The notes beneath the pieces were generated by a model. The model was not told the origin of the DNA, searched no databases, and saw only the letters and a list, made by a program, of their open reading frames with translations. Shown piece after piece: positions 20,511 to 30,141 of a stretch of 64,000 bases of DNA (positions are counted from its first letter, which is position 1; each line of letters starts with the position of its first letter). The position numbers and the translations under genes were made by a program. The stretch is from Nannocystis bainbridge (lineage in GTDB: Bacteria; Myxococcota_A; Polyangia; Nannocystales; Nannocystaceae): assembly GCF_028368995.1 (NCBI RefSeq), contig NZ_JAQNDL010000002.1, positions 1,440,001 to 1,504,000 on the forward strand, read 5' to 3'.

Positions 20511-20807
20511 ATGTGGACCCTCGTGTTCGCCGGGCTGTTCTTCGTCTGGAACCTCCAGGCGTCGCTGCGGAGGGCCCACGAGCGCGCCAGGGGGCGAGGC
20601 GGCGGTCCGGTGCTCGGGCCGCTGATCGCCAACTCGCTGATGCTGGCGACCGCCGTCGTCGGGGTGTTCGTGCGGGCGGAGGCCCTCGGCCGGGCCAGGC
20701 CGTGGGGGCTCCTGGTGATCACGGCGGCGGTGGCGGTCGGGCACTGGGCCGCGATCGTGGGGATCGACCGGCTGGGCACGCGCCGGCGCGAATGGAGCGG
20801 GGCATGA
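20511..20807 (+). CDS. Small hypothetical membrane protein
   Basis: Three hydrophobic segments; ATGA overlap with the next gene. Confidence 0.55.
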   Translation: MWTLVFAGLFFVWNLQASLRRAHERARGRGGGPVLGPLIANSLMLATAVVGVFVRAEALGRARPWGLLVITAAVAVGHWAAIVGIDRLGTRRREWSGA

Positions 20808-21409
20808 GCGAGCTTTACAGCGTGAGGGTCGAGGCCGTAGACGGCGTCGAGGTCGTCCTGCGGGTCACCACGGTGCATCCGGACGCGGGGCCTCCGCCCG
20901 ACACCGCGACGTTCGCCGTCGAGGTGCTGGTGGAGCTGTGGTCGCTGCTCGACCGCGGGCTCGTCGGCCTGATCGAGGGCTGCGAACTGGACGGTGCCGC
21001 GGCTCAGCAACTGGCGCGCGACCCGGCCTGGGCGCCCCGCTGCAAGCGGCTGCGCGAGCTGGGGTTCGGCCGCCAGGTCGAGTGCACGGCCGAGGAGCAC
21101 GCCGCGCTGGCGGCCGTGATGCAGGCCGGGCAGTCGACGCTGTTCCGCGGCGAGCCGGTCGGCGGGCTGCTCGGCTACGGCGAGCAGTCCTACGTGTTCA
21201 TCCCGGCCGACCGGGTCGCGCTGGCCGCCGCGGTCGCGCCGCTGGTGGCCGCCCACGGCGTCGACGAGCGCGAGTTCGACGCGGCCTACGAGGACTGGCC
21301 GGACGAGCCGGAGCAGCTCCCGCGCGCCCGGGTGCACCTGCGGGTCCACGACGCCGGGTGGCTGGGCTTCGTCCGCCCGGGCTGGAGCTGGGACACCGGC
21401 GCCCACTGA
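20804..21409 (+). CDS. Hypothetical protein
   Basis: ATG at 20804 after GGAG; coding-like codon use. Confidence 0.6.
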   Translation: MSELYSVRVEAVDGVEVVLRVTTVHPDAGPPPDTATFAVEVLVELWSLLDRGLVGLIEGCELDGAAAQQLARDPAWAPRCKRLRELGFGRQVECTAEEHAALAAVMQAGQSTLFRGEPVGGLLGYGEQSYVFIPADRVALAAAVAPLVAAHGVDEREFDAAYEDWPDEPEQLPRARVHLRVHDAGWLGFVRPGWSWDTGAH

Positions 21410-21421
21410 GGGCTCAAAACC

Positions 21422-22828
21422 TCAGCGATCGCGCGGCGGATTCTCGGGCACGATCTCCGAGTAATCTCGCAGCTTTGCGTCGTAGGTTTTAAACTTCCAC
21501 TCGAAGCCAGATCGCGCCGCCACGTAGCTCGGACCGAGCGGGATCTTGCCGTCGCCGCCGGGCAGGTCGAGCACGTAGTGGGGCAGGCAGAGGCCAGAGA
21601 TGTGGCCGCGCAGGGCGGTCATCAGATCGAGGCCGCGGTCGATGGTGGTGCGGAAGTGCGACAGGCCGCGGGTCGAGTCGCAGTGGTGGAGGTAGTAGGG
21701 CCGGATCCCGAGCGCGTAGACCAGCTCACGGAACAGCGTCCGCAGGGCCTCGGCGTCGTCGTTGACGCCCTTCAGCAGGACGGTCTGGTTGAGCAACATG
21801 AAGCCGGCCTCGCGCAGGGTGCGGGCGGCGAGCACGGTGGTGTCGGTGATCTCGCGGGCATGGTTGAAGTGGGTGACCACGCAGACCATGAGCCGGCCCT
21901 TGAGCGCCCGGACCAGGCCGGCGTTGATGCGCTCGGGCAGGACGACCGGGATCCGGGTGTGGAGGCGCAGCAGGCGGACGTGGGCGATGGCCTCGATCCG
22001 CCGCCGCAGCTCCTCCAGACGCTCGTTGCCGAGGATCAGCGGGTCGCCGCCGGTGAGGATGACCTCGCGGATCTCGGGGTGCGCGGCGATGTAGGCCAGG
22101 GCCGGTTCGAGGGCCTCGATCGCGTAACCGGCGGCGTCGTCGGCGGCCAGCGACTCCTTGCGGAAGCAGTGCCTGCAGTACACGGCGCACTGATAGGTCG
22201 GGTAGAGCAGGACGCGGTCGGGGTAGCGGTGGGTCAGCCGCGGGGCCGGGCTGTGGGCCGCGTCGCCGATCGGGTCCTCGCGCTCGCGCGGGTCGACGAC
22301 CAACTCGTCGGCGCTGGGGATGACCTGGCGCCGGATGGGGTCGCGCTCGTCGGCCCAGTCGATGAGGTCGAGGTAGCGCCGCGGGGCCTTGACGTTGAAG
22401 CTGGCGGCGGCAGCGGCGTCGCGCGCGAGGTCGGCCGGGGCGATGGGCAGGGCGGCCAGGTCGGCGGCGTGCTGGAGCTTCAAAGGCTTGCGGGGCTCGG
22501 AGACCGCGCCGCTGGGGGGGGCGACGGGCAAACTGGGGGGCGTCGCGTCGGCGGCCGCAGGCGGCGAGGGTGGCACGACGTGGGTCGCCTGGGCGGCCGC
22601 AGGCGGCGAGAGCGGCGGTGAGACGGGAAGAGGCGGGGCGACGGGCGGGGGCGCGGCGTGGGTCGCGTCGGCGGCCGCGGGCGGCGAGGACGGCGAGGGC
22701 GTCGCGGCGGGCTGCGCGGGCGAGCCGCGTCCGGCATGCGTGCGCCAGGAATCGCTGCCCTGCGCGTCGTCGTCCCGGTCGGCCACGATCGCGCGGAGGC
22801 TAGCCCTGGCGCCGGGGGGCGTCAACAC
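21422..22828 (-). CDS. KamA family radical SAM protein (lysine 2,3-aminomutase/EpmB-like)
   Basis: HRYPDRVL, CAVYCRHC, ILTGGDPL, HFNH, NQTVLLKGVND, PYYLH, PGGDGK; Pro/Ala-rich N-terminal extension. Confidence 0.9.
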   Translation of the reverse strand: MLTPPGARASLRAIVADRDDDAQGSDSWRTHAGRGSPAQPAATPSPSSPPAAADATHAAPPPVAPPLPVSPPLSPPAAAQATHVVPPSPPAAADATPPSLPVAPPSGAVSEPRKPLKLQHAADLAALPIAPADLARDAAAAASFNVKAPRRYLDLIDWADERDPIRRQVIPSADELVVDPREREDPIGDAAHSPAPRLTHRYPDRVLLYPTYQCAVYCRHCFRKESLAADDAAGYAIEALEPALAYIAAHPEIREVILTGGDPLILGNERLEELRRRIEAIAHVRLLRLHTRIPVVLPERINAGLVRALKGRLMVCVVTHFNHAREITDTTVLAARTLREAGFMLLNQTVLLKGVNDDAEALRTLFRELVYALGIRPYYLHHCDSTRGLSHFRTTIDRGLDLMTALRGHISGLCLPHYVLDLPGGDGKIPLGPSYVAARSGFEWKFKTYDAKLRDYSEIVPENPPRDR

Positions 22829-22992
22829 GGGCCCGTCATGGGGTCGCTCGTGCGACGCGAGGGTCGCCTAGGGAGCGACGAGGGCCGACGCGAACCTGCC
22901 GCCGGGCGACCTCATGAACGCAGTCTTCGGACCGCCGGAGCGTGGGGGGCAGCGCCGGCCCCCTGGCGACGCGAGCTTTCGCTACCCTCGGC

Positions 22993-24255
22993 GTGGAAGT
23001 GCCTGTCGTGGAGGAGACCGACGGAGAGGCCGACGAGCAGCGCCGGATCGGCGTGATGCTCGACCGGATCTTCGTCGCTACCGCGGTGGCGATCGGCGCG
23101 GCGACGGTGTTCCAGGCGGCGAGCCAGGCGATCGACCCGCTGATGAGCTTCAACCTGGTCGTCATCGCCCTGTTCCTCGGGCTGCGCGTGGTGGTCCGTC
23201 GCGGCCACGTGCGCGCCGTCAGCGTCGGCATGGTGGTGACGCTGTGGATCCTCGTGACCGCGGCGGTGTGGTTCGACGGCGGGCTCAAGAGCCCGTCGCT
23301 CGCGGCCTACCTGACGATCCTGATGCTGGCTGCGCTGCTGCTGCGGGCGCGGGCGCTGTGGGTCTACCTGGCGCTGTCGGCCGCGGCTGCGCTGGGGTTC
23401 GTGCTGGCCGAGAGCATGGGCATGCTGCCGGCGCGGCAGTCGGTCGACACGCTGGTGCGGCCGTTCTTCGTCCACCTGATCCACCTGCTGGCGTCGGCGC
23501 TGTTCCTCTACATGGCGGTCGACAGCCTCGAGCGGGCGCGGGCGCGGGCGCGGGCCAATCAGGAGCGGGCGGCGATGCTGCTCCGCGAGCTCGAGCTCGA
23601 GAAGCAGCGCGCCGACGAGCTGCTGCACAACATCCTGCCCGAGCGGGTGGCCGAGCAGCTCAAGCGCAAGATGCACCCGATCGCGGAGCGCTTCGAGGCG
23701 GCGACGGTGCTGTTCGCCGACATCGCCGAGTTCACCCGCTTCGCCGCCGAGCGCCCGCCGGACGTGGTGGTCGAGCTGCTCAACGACATCTTCTCGCGCT
23801 TCGACGCGCTGGCCGGGGAGCTCGGGCTCGAGAAGATCAAGACCATCGGCGACGCCTACATGGTGGTGGCCGGGATCCCGACGCCGCGGGCCGATCACGC
23901 GCCGGCGATGGCCGAGATGGCGCTGGCGATGCGGGACGAGTTCGCGCGCTTCGTGGCCGCGCGCGAGCTCGCCCTCGGGCTGCGGATCGGGCTCCATTGC
24001 GGACCGGCGGTGGCGGGGGTCATCGGCCGCCGAAAGTTCATTTACGACCTCTGGGGCGACACGGTGAACACCGCCAGCCGCATGGAATCGCTCGGCCAGG
24101 TCGGCGAGATCCAGGTGACCGAACCGGTCGCCACGGCCCTTCAGGGGCTGTTTACGTGCATTCCGCGGGGCAGCATCGCGGTCAAGGGCAAGGGCGAGCT
24201 GCAGGTGTTCTGGCTGCAGGGCCCGGTGGAAAAGCCGGCAGTCGTGGGGTCTTGA
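22993..24255 (+). CDS. Membrane-bound class III adenylate cyclase
   Basis: About 5-6 TM helices, then ELLHNILP, VLFADI, EKIKTIGDAYM, YDLWGDTVNTASRME; start approximate. Confidence 0.9.
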   Translation: MEVPVVEETDGEADEQRRIGVMLDRIFVATAVAIGAATVFQAASQAIDPLMSFNLVVIALFLGLRVVVRRGHVRAVSVGMVVTLWILVTAAVWFDGGLKSPSLAAYLTILMLAALLLRARALWVYLALSAAAALGFVLAESMGMLPARQSVDTLVRPFFVHLIHLLASALFLYMAVDSLERARARARANQERAAMLLRELELEKQRADELLHNILPERVAEQLKRKMHPIAERFEAATVLFADIAEFTRFAAERPPDVVVELLNDIFSRFDALAGELGLEKIKTIGDAYMVVAGIPTPRADHAPAMAEMALAMRDEFARFVAARELALGLRIGLHCGPAVAGVIGRRKFIYDLWGDTVNTASRMESLGQVGEIQVTEPVATALQGLFTCIPRGSIAVKGKGELQVFWLQGPVEKPAVVGS

Positions 24256-24323
24256 GTCCTCACGCCGCCGGGGCGCCGGAAGGTGTGCATGGGGCTGCGC
24301 CGCGCGGGTGTACGCTGGGCCGG

Positions 24324-26204
24324 ATGGACGAGGGGCTGCTGCGTTACCCCGACGTGCTCGCGTATCTCCGGCACCTGGCCAGAGATCCGGCGTTCGGGCG
24401 GGTGCAGTACGTCACCGACCTCGGCGGAACACTGCGCGCCGCGGTGGTCGGGCGCGGTCGGGCCCGGCTGGCGATCGTCGAGGCGCTCGGGTTCGTGCCG
24501 CAGGAGTTCGACGTGGTGCTGGTGGTCGGGCCCGAGCGCTCGCTGGCGGCGGCGCTGGGTCGGATGCCGGCCCACCGGGCGCACGCGCTGGCGCTGCCGA
24601 CGTCGCCGCCGCGCCTGCGCCGGGCCATCGACGAGGCGCTGCTGGCCGTCGAGGCGATCCTGCAGAGCCGCGTGGCCGACCAGTTGGTCGAGGTCGGCCT
24701 GGCGCTCAACCGCGAGCGCGACCCCCGACGCGTGCTCGAGCTGATCGTCCGCCACGCGCGGGCGATCACCGGCGCCGACGCCGGCTCGATCTACGTGGTC
24801 GAGGAAGACGGGACCAAGTTGCGCTTCCGCGTGGCCCACAACGACTCGGTCGCGGCCGACCTCCGCGACCACACGCTGTCGGTGTCGGACGCCTCGGTGG
24901 TCGGGGCGTGCGTGCTGAGCGGGCAGATCATCAACCTCGAGGACATGTACTCGGAGACAGGTCGCACCGCGCTCGGCCGCACGTTCGCGCACGACCGCTC
25001 GTTCGACGAGCGGTTCGGCTACCAGACGCGCTCGCTGCTGACGGTGCCGATGCGCGCGCCGGAGGGCCAGGTGATCGGCGCGGTGCAGCTCATCAACGCC
25101 AAGGACGGGCGCCACCCGCTGGCGTGGCCGGCCGACTTCGGCCGCCGCACCCGGCCGTTCTCGGCCACCGACGAGCGGGTCTGCCTGGCACTGGCGACCC
25201 AGGGGGCCGTGGCGCTCGAGAACGCCAACCTGTACGCGGAGGTGCAGGCGCTGTTCGAGGGGTTCGTGCGCGCGAGCGTGACGGCGATCGAGCAGCGCGA
25301 TCCGACGACGAGCGGGCACAGCCAGCGCGTGGCCGACCTGACGGTGGCGCTGGCGAAGGCGGTCGATCGCAGCGACGGGCCGCTGGCGGCGGTCAAGTTC
25401 TCGAGCGACGACCTGCGCGAGATCGAGGTCGCAGGGCTGCTCCACGACTTCGGCAAGGTCGGGGTGCGCGAGCACGTGCTGGTCAAGGCGAAGAAGCTGT
25501 TCGACTGGGAGCTGACGCTGGTCGAGGAGCGCCTCGACCACCTCCGCACCGCGGCGCGGCTGCGCCTGGCGGAGCGCGAGCTGGTGGCGCTGACGACCGG
25601 GACGATCGATCTCGAGGCGGCGCGACGAGCGTTCACGGCGGAGCTGCTGCAGATCGAGCGCTGGCGCGAGGTGGTGCGCCGGGCGAACGAGCCGGCGCTG
25701 CTGCCGGAGGCGGTCGAGGCCGAGATCCACGAGGTCGCGGCGGCCCGCAGCCAGACGCCCGACAAGGTGCTGCGGATCCTCGACGACGCCCACCTGACAG
25801 CGCTGAGGATCGCCCGCGGCAGCCTCACCGAGGACGAGCGCTCGGAGGTGCAGAACCACGTGCGCCACACGTTCGAGTTCCTGCGCCAGATCCCGTGGGG
25901 CCAGCGGCTGCGCCGGGTGCCGGAGATCGCAGGGATGCACCACGAGTATATGGACGGCAGCGGCTACCCCCGCGGTGCGGCCGCCGCGGCGATCCCGATC
26001 CAGGCCCGCATGATGACGGTGGCCGATATCTTCGACGCCTTGACCGCCGCCGACCGACCGTACAAAAAAGCCGTGCCCGTGCCCCTGGCGCTCGACATCC
26101 TCCACGCGGAAGCCCGCGCCGGCAAGCTCGACCCGGTGGTGCTCGAGGTGTTCGTCGGGGCGCGAGTGTTCGACCGGATCGACCTCTCGGGAGGTCGCAA
26201 GTGA
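24324..26204 (+). CDS. GAF plus HD-GYP cyclic-dinucleotide phosphodiesterase
   Basis: GAF (ADAGSIY...TRSLLTVPM...QLIN), TSGHSQRV, LLHDFGK, HHEYMDGSGYP, ADIFDALT. Confidence 0.92.
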   Translation: MDEGLLRYPDVLAYLRHLARDPAFGRVQYVTDLGGTLRAAVVGRGRARLAIVEALGFVPQEFDVVLVVGPERSLAAALGRMPAHRAHALALPTSPPRLRRAIDEALLAVEAILQSRVADQLVEVGLALNRERDPRRVLELIVRHARAITGADAGSIYVVEEDGTKLRFRVAHNDSVAADLRDHTLSVSDASVVGACVLSGQIINLEDMYSETGRTALGRTFAHDRSFDERFGYQTRSLLTVPMRAPEGQVIGAVQLINAKDGRHPLAWPADFGRRTRPFSATDERVCLALATQGAVALENANLYAEVQALFEGFVRASVTAIEQRDPTTSGHSQRVADLTVALAKAVDRSDGPLAAVKFSSDDLREIEVAGLLHDFGKVGVREHVLVKAKKLFDWELTLVEERLDHLRTAARLRLAERELVALTTGTIDLEAARRAFTAELLQIERWREVVRRANEPALLPEAVEAEIHEVAAARSQTPDKVLRILDDAHLTALRIARGSLTEDERSEVQNHVRHTFEFLRQIPWGQRLRRVPEIAGMHHEYMDGSGYPRGAAAAAIPIQARMMTVADIFDALTAADRPYKKAVPVPLALDILHAEARAGKLDPVVLEVFVGARVFDRIDLSGGRK

Positions 26205-27697
26205 GCCGCGTACGCAGGCAAGGGCCGGGCGCGCCGGGGCAGGGTGATGTGAGCGGCGACGAGGCGATCGGCGAGGACGATTTCGCCGCGGAGGACGACG
26301 CGGACGACGATGACGATTTCGCCGCGGAAGACGACGCGGACGATTTCGCCGCGGAGGATGACGCGGACGACGATGACGATTTCGCCGCGGAGGATGACGC
26401 GGACGACGATGACGATTTCGCCGCGGACGACGACGCGGACGACGGCGTGACGGACGCAGAGGAAGACGATGCGCTCGGTGACGAGCAGGGCGACGACGTG
26501 CCGGACGCGGAGGAAGACGACACGCTCGACGACGACGTGACGGATGCCGAGGAAGACGACGCGCTCGAGGATGACACGAGCGACTTGAACGACGCGGAAG
26601 ACGAAGACACGCTCGACGACGACGCGACGGACGCAGAGGAAGACGACGCGCTCGAGGAAGACGTGGGCGACGACGCGGAAGATGAAGACGCCCTCGAAGA
26701 CGACGCGAGCGACGCAGAGGAAGACGACGCGCTCGACGACGACGCGAGCGCCATGGACGAAGGTGACGCTGACGCCGATGTGAGCGACGCGGAGGAAGAC
26801 GACGAGAGCGACGATGTGGGCGACGCGGACGAGGATGACGCGATGGACGAGGACGCCGGCGTCGCAGCGAGTGACGCTCATGAGGTGGCGGGCGACGCGG
26901 ACGACGCGATGGACGAAGACGCGGGTGTCGACGATGAGATCGACGCTGACGACGACGAGCTCGCTGACGACGACGAGCTCGCTGACGACGACGCGTATGA
27001 GTCCGACGATGACGACGCGCACGGCCTCCCCGGTCTCGACGCTTTTGAAAACATGTCCCTCGCGCCAGGTCGCAGCCGGATCCGCTTCACCGTCGCGCCG
27101 CGGCGCAAGGCCCCGCGGTGGTTCGTGCAGGCGCTCGCGCGGCGGGTCGCTCGCGCCGCGCGGCGGCTCGGGATCGGCGGCGACGCGGCGGTGACCTGCC
27201 ACCTCGTCGACGACCCTGCGATCGCCCGGCTCAACGCCGAGCACATGGGCAAGGTCGGCCCGACCGACGTGCTGTCGTTCCCGGCCGGGCCGCTCGGGCC
27301 GGGCGAGGGGGCAGGGACCGCGGGCGACATCGTGATCAGCGTCGACGCCGTACGACGCCAGGCGCGGGCCCGGCTCGGGATCTCGGACAGGTCCGAGAGG
27401 ACAGGTGTCAAGCGCCAGGTCCTCTGGGGCCTGGTCATCGAGACCGGGCCGAAAGAGCCTGTCCTTCCGGACATGGTCGAAGGGTCTGCCGAGGCAGCGG
27501 CGGCGATCGACGAGGCGACCGTGCTCGCCGTCCACGGCCTGTGCCACCTGCTCGGCCACGACCACGGCGGGCGCGGGGAGGCGCGGGCGATGCACCGGGC
27601 CGAGCGGCGCGCGCTCAAAGCGGCCGCCACGCCCGACGTGCCGCGGCCCTACGGCATCGACGCGCGCCGCCAGCGGCGCGAGAGGAGGGCGCGGTGA
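26201..27697 (+). CDS. ybeY: rRNA maturation RNase YbeY with Asp-rich N-terminal extension and internal insertion
   Basis: PTDVLSFP, GDIVIS, HGLCHLLGHDH; GTG at 26201 overlaps the upstream TGA; alternative ATG at 27053. Confidence 0.8.
   Translation: MSRVRRQGPGAPGQGDVSGDEAIGEDDFAAEDDADDDDDFAAEDDADDFAAEDDADDDDDFAAEDDADDDDDFAADDDADDGVTDAEEDDALGDEQGDDVPDAEEDDTLDDDVTDAEEDDALEDDTSDLNDAEDEDTLDDDATDAEEDDALEEDVGDDAEDEDALEDDASDAEEDDALDDDASAMDEGDADADVSDAEEDDESDDVGDADEDDAMDEDAGVAASDAHEVAGDADDAMDEDAGVDDEIDADDDELADDDELADDDAYESDDDDAHGLPGLDAFENMSLAPGRSRIRFTVAPRRKAPRWFVQALARRVARAARRLGIGGDAAVTCHLVDDPAIARLNAEHMGKVGPTDVLSFPAGPLGPGEGAGTAGDIVISVDAVRRQARARLGISDRSERTGVKRQVLWGLVIETGPKEPVLPDMVEGSAEAAAAIDEATVLAVHGLCHLLGHDHGGRGEARAMHRAERRALKAAATPDVPRPYGIDARRQRRERRAR
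27385..27490. repeat. 14-bp-period array inside ybeY
   Basis: CAGG 27388, 27402, 27416; CCTG 27430; CCGG 27444; CCTG 27458; CATG 27472; perfect TGTCCttccGGACA at 27460-27473. Confidence 0.8.
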
Positions 27698-28590
27698 CGA
27701 CACCTTTCATCGTGGTGCACGGCGGGGCCGGCACGGTGGCCGAGGACCTGCGCGACGGGGCGGTGACCGGCACCAAGGCGGCCGCGGCCGCGGGCCAGGC
27801 GGTGCTGCTCGCCGGCGGCAGCGCCGAGGCGGCCGTGATCGCGGCCGTGCGCGCGCTCGAGGACGACCCGGGCTTCAACGCGGGCCGCGGCGCGTGCATG
27901 AACGCCGACGGGGTGTTCGAGGCCGACGCGGCGATCATGCGCTCGCGCGACCTGCGTTCGGGCGCGGTCGCCGGGGTCCGCGAGGTCCGCGACACCATCC
28001 TGCTGGCGGCGCTGGTGATGAACGAGACCCGCCACTGCCTGCTGGTCGGCGACAACGCGGCCCGCTTCGCCCGCGAGCGCGGGGTCGGTCAATTCGGCCG
28101 CGAAGAGGTGTGGACCGCCAAGGCCGAGGCGCACTTCACGGCGATCCGCGCCGGCCAGCGGCTCGACAACCGCGCCGACACCGTCGGCGCCGTGGCCCTC
28201 GACGCGCGCGGCGAGCTGTGTGCGGGCGGCTCGACCGGAGGCGTGCTCTACAAGCTACCCGGCCGCGTCGGCGACACGCCGATGGTCGGCTCCGGCCTCT
28301 ACGCGCACCCCGAGCTCGGCGCCTGCGCGACGACCGGGCTCGGCGAGGCCATCCTGACCCACGTGCTCGCCTACGCGGCGCTGCAGCGGGTCCGCGGCGC
28401 TGCGAGCGACGCGGTGACGCCGCTGGCCGCGAGCCTGGTGGGCGATGTCTCGGCGCGCTGGGAGGGCGCGGCGGTCGGGCTGGTCCTGCTGCGGCCCGAC
28501 GGCACGCCGGCGATCGTGCACGCGAGCGAGCACATGAGCTGGGCGCTCGCGCGAGGCGACGCGCCCGTCACGGGCGGGCTGTCGGCCTGA
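27694..28590 (+). CDS. Isoaspartyl peptidase/L-asparaginase (Ntn hydrolase)
   Basis: VVHGGAG, LEDDPGFNAGRG, DTVGAVALD, STGG, GRVGDTP, TGLGE; GAGGAGG RBS. Confidence 0.92.
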   Translation: MTTPFIVVHGGAGTVAEDLRDGAVTGTKAAAAAGQAVLLAGGSAEAAVIAAVRALEDDPGFNAGRGACMNADGVFEADAAIMRSRDLRSGAVAGVREVRDTILLAALVMNETRHCLLVGDNAARFARERGVGQFGREEVWTAKAEAHFTAIRAGQRLDNRADTVGAVALDARGELCAGGSTGGVLYKLPGRVGDTPMVGSGLYAHPELGACATTGLGEAILTHVLAYAALQRVRGAASDAVTPLAASLVGDVSARWEGAAVGLVLLRPDGTPAIVHASEHMSWALARGDAPVTGGLSA

Positions 28591-28740
28591 CGCGACCGCG
28601 TCCGGACGGCGTCCTCCGCGAGGGCATGCAGCAGGGGGCGCGTCGCTTGCTCAGCCGGAGCCGCCATTCGCCCGTCTGCGGCGGACGGGCGGTGATCTGG
28701 GCACTGGACGCCGGGGCCCGGGGGCGCCTATAACCGGCCT

Positions 28741-30141
28741 GTGCTTCGCTGCGCGCTGATCGTCGCCCTGGCCGCACCGCCGGCCGCCGCCGGTCAGGGC
28801 GCGTCGCCGGTCGCCTGGGGCCCGCTGCCGGGGCAGGGGGCGCCGGCCGGCGAAGGTGTGAAGGGACAGGCCCCTTCGGACATGTCGCCCGAGACAGGTT
28901 CTTCGGGACATGTCGAAACGGACAGTCCCGTGGCCGCCGGGCCCGAACCTGCGCCCGCGCCGGTCGAGCCGCTGGGTCCGACTGGTCCAGCGCCGTCGCT
29001 GGTCCCGCCGCCCGAGCCCGGCGAGGCGACGCTCGAGCTGTCCGGCGCGGGGCAGGGCGGGCAGGTCGTCGTGACCTCCCCGCGCGGCAAGCTGCTCGGC
29101 GCCTACGCCGTCGGCCCCGGGCAGACGATCCTGCTGCGCGGGGCGCCCGGCGAGTATGTGGTGCGCAGCCCGGACGCGCCGCACGGGTTGGTGGTGCCGG
29201 TGGTCGAGCGCACGCACGTGCAGATCGGGCCGTCGGGGCTCGCGGTGGTGCGTGACGAGGGCCCGACGCCAGGGCCCGTGGTGCGGATCGGGCGGACCGC
29301 GGCCGCGCGCGACGGCAACTGGCGCCGACCGGTCTCGCCGATCCTGTCCGCGCTGGTGCCGGGCCTCGGGCAGATGGTCAACCGCGAGTACGCGCGCGGG
29401 GCCGGGTTCTTGCTCGGGGCCGTGTCGCTCGGCGCGGGCGCTCTCGGGCTCGCGCTCACCCGCGACCGGTCCGACGCCGCGACCGCGGGCGCCCACGGCC
29501 GCACGTTCGCCGCCGACGTGGTCGGTGCGGCCGGGCTCGGGCTTTTGACCGGCGGGCTGCACCTCCTCTACATGGCGCAGGTGATGGACGCCTACGCCGG
29601 CGCGATCGGCAAGCGCTCGCCGCGGCCGCACAGCCGCCACAAGGTCTCGCTCGAGCTGCGCCGCATGGCGACCGTGGGCATGCGCGCCGGCGATCCGGCC
29701 GCGCAGCTGTACGCCGACTGGAACGTCGGCGTGCTCGGTCAGGTCGCGCCGCGCCTGAGCGTCGGCCTGACCGACCTCGGCCTCAAGTTCGGCCCCGGGC
29801 GCGCGGCGCTGCAGGGCGGGCCGCGGCTGCAGTACCGCGTGCTCGAGCGCGGCCGCGTGTGGCTGTCGCTGGCCGCCGGCGCGATCGTCCAGGGCGCGTT
29901 CGCCAGCGGCTCGCCGCCGGTCGTGCCCGAGGGCGACAAGCAGCCGCGCACGGCGGTGGTCGCCGCCGTGCCGTACGGCCAGCTCGACCTGCGGCTGTTC
30001 ATCCTCGATCGCTGGTCGATCGACATCGTCCCGCGGATCAGCGCCCCGCTCGGCGCCGCCCGCTACTACCGGGGCGACGGCGCGATCCCCAAGCAAGCGG
30101 TCACGCTCGAGCTCGGCACCGGCGTGGGGGTGTATTTCTAA
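28741..30141 (+). CDS. Secreted/outer-membrane hypothetical protein
   Basis: Signal peptide, SALVPGLGQ motif, beta-strand-like C-terminus ending in VYF. Confidence 0.65.
   Translation: MLRCALIVALAAPPAAAGQGASPVAWGPLPGQGAPAGEGVKGQAPSDMSPETGSSGHVETDSPVAAGPEPAPAPVEPLGPTGPAPSLVPPPEPGEATLELSGAGQGGQVVVTSPRGKLLGAYAVGPGQTILLRGAPGEYVVRSPDAPHGLVVPVVERTHVQIGPSGLAVVRDEGPTPGPVVRIGRTAAARDGNWRRPVSPILSALVPGLGQMVNREYARGAGFLLGAVSLGAGALGLALTRDRSDAATAGAHGRTFAADVVGAAGLGLLTGGLHLLYMAQVMDAYAGAIGKRSPRPHSRHKVSLELRRMATVGMRAGDPAAQLYADWNVGVLGQVAPRLSVGLTDLGLKFGPGRAALQGGPRLQYRVLERGRVWLSLAAGAIVQGAFASGSPPVVPEGDKQPRTAVVAAVPYGQLDLRLFILDRWSIDIVPRISAPLGAARYYRGDGAIPKQAVTLELGTGVGVYF
28864..28927. repeat. 14-bp-period array inside a CDS linker
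   Basis: CAGG 28867, CATG 28881, CAGG 28895, CATG 28909, CAGT 28923. Confidence 0.8.

Noticed and set aside
22914-24323. N-terminal extensions in the ORF track for HD-GYP (22914), ybeY (24308), asparaginase (27118), GDYXXLXY (35239) and era (49310)
   Set aside because: They overlap other real genes in a different frame; downstream starts with an RBS or stop/start coupling fit the family lengths better.
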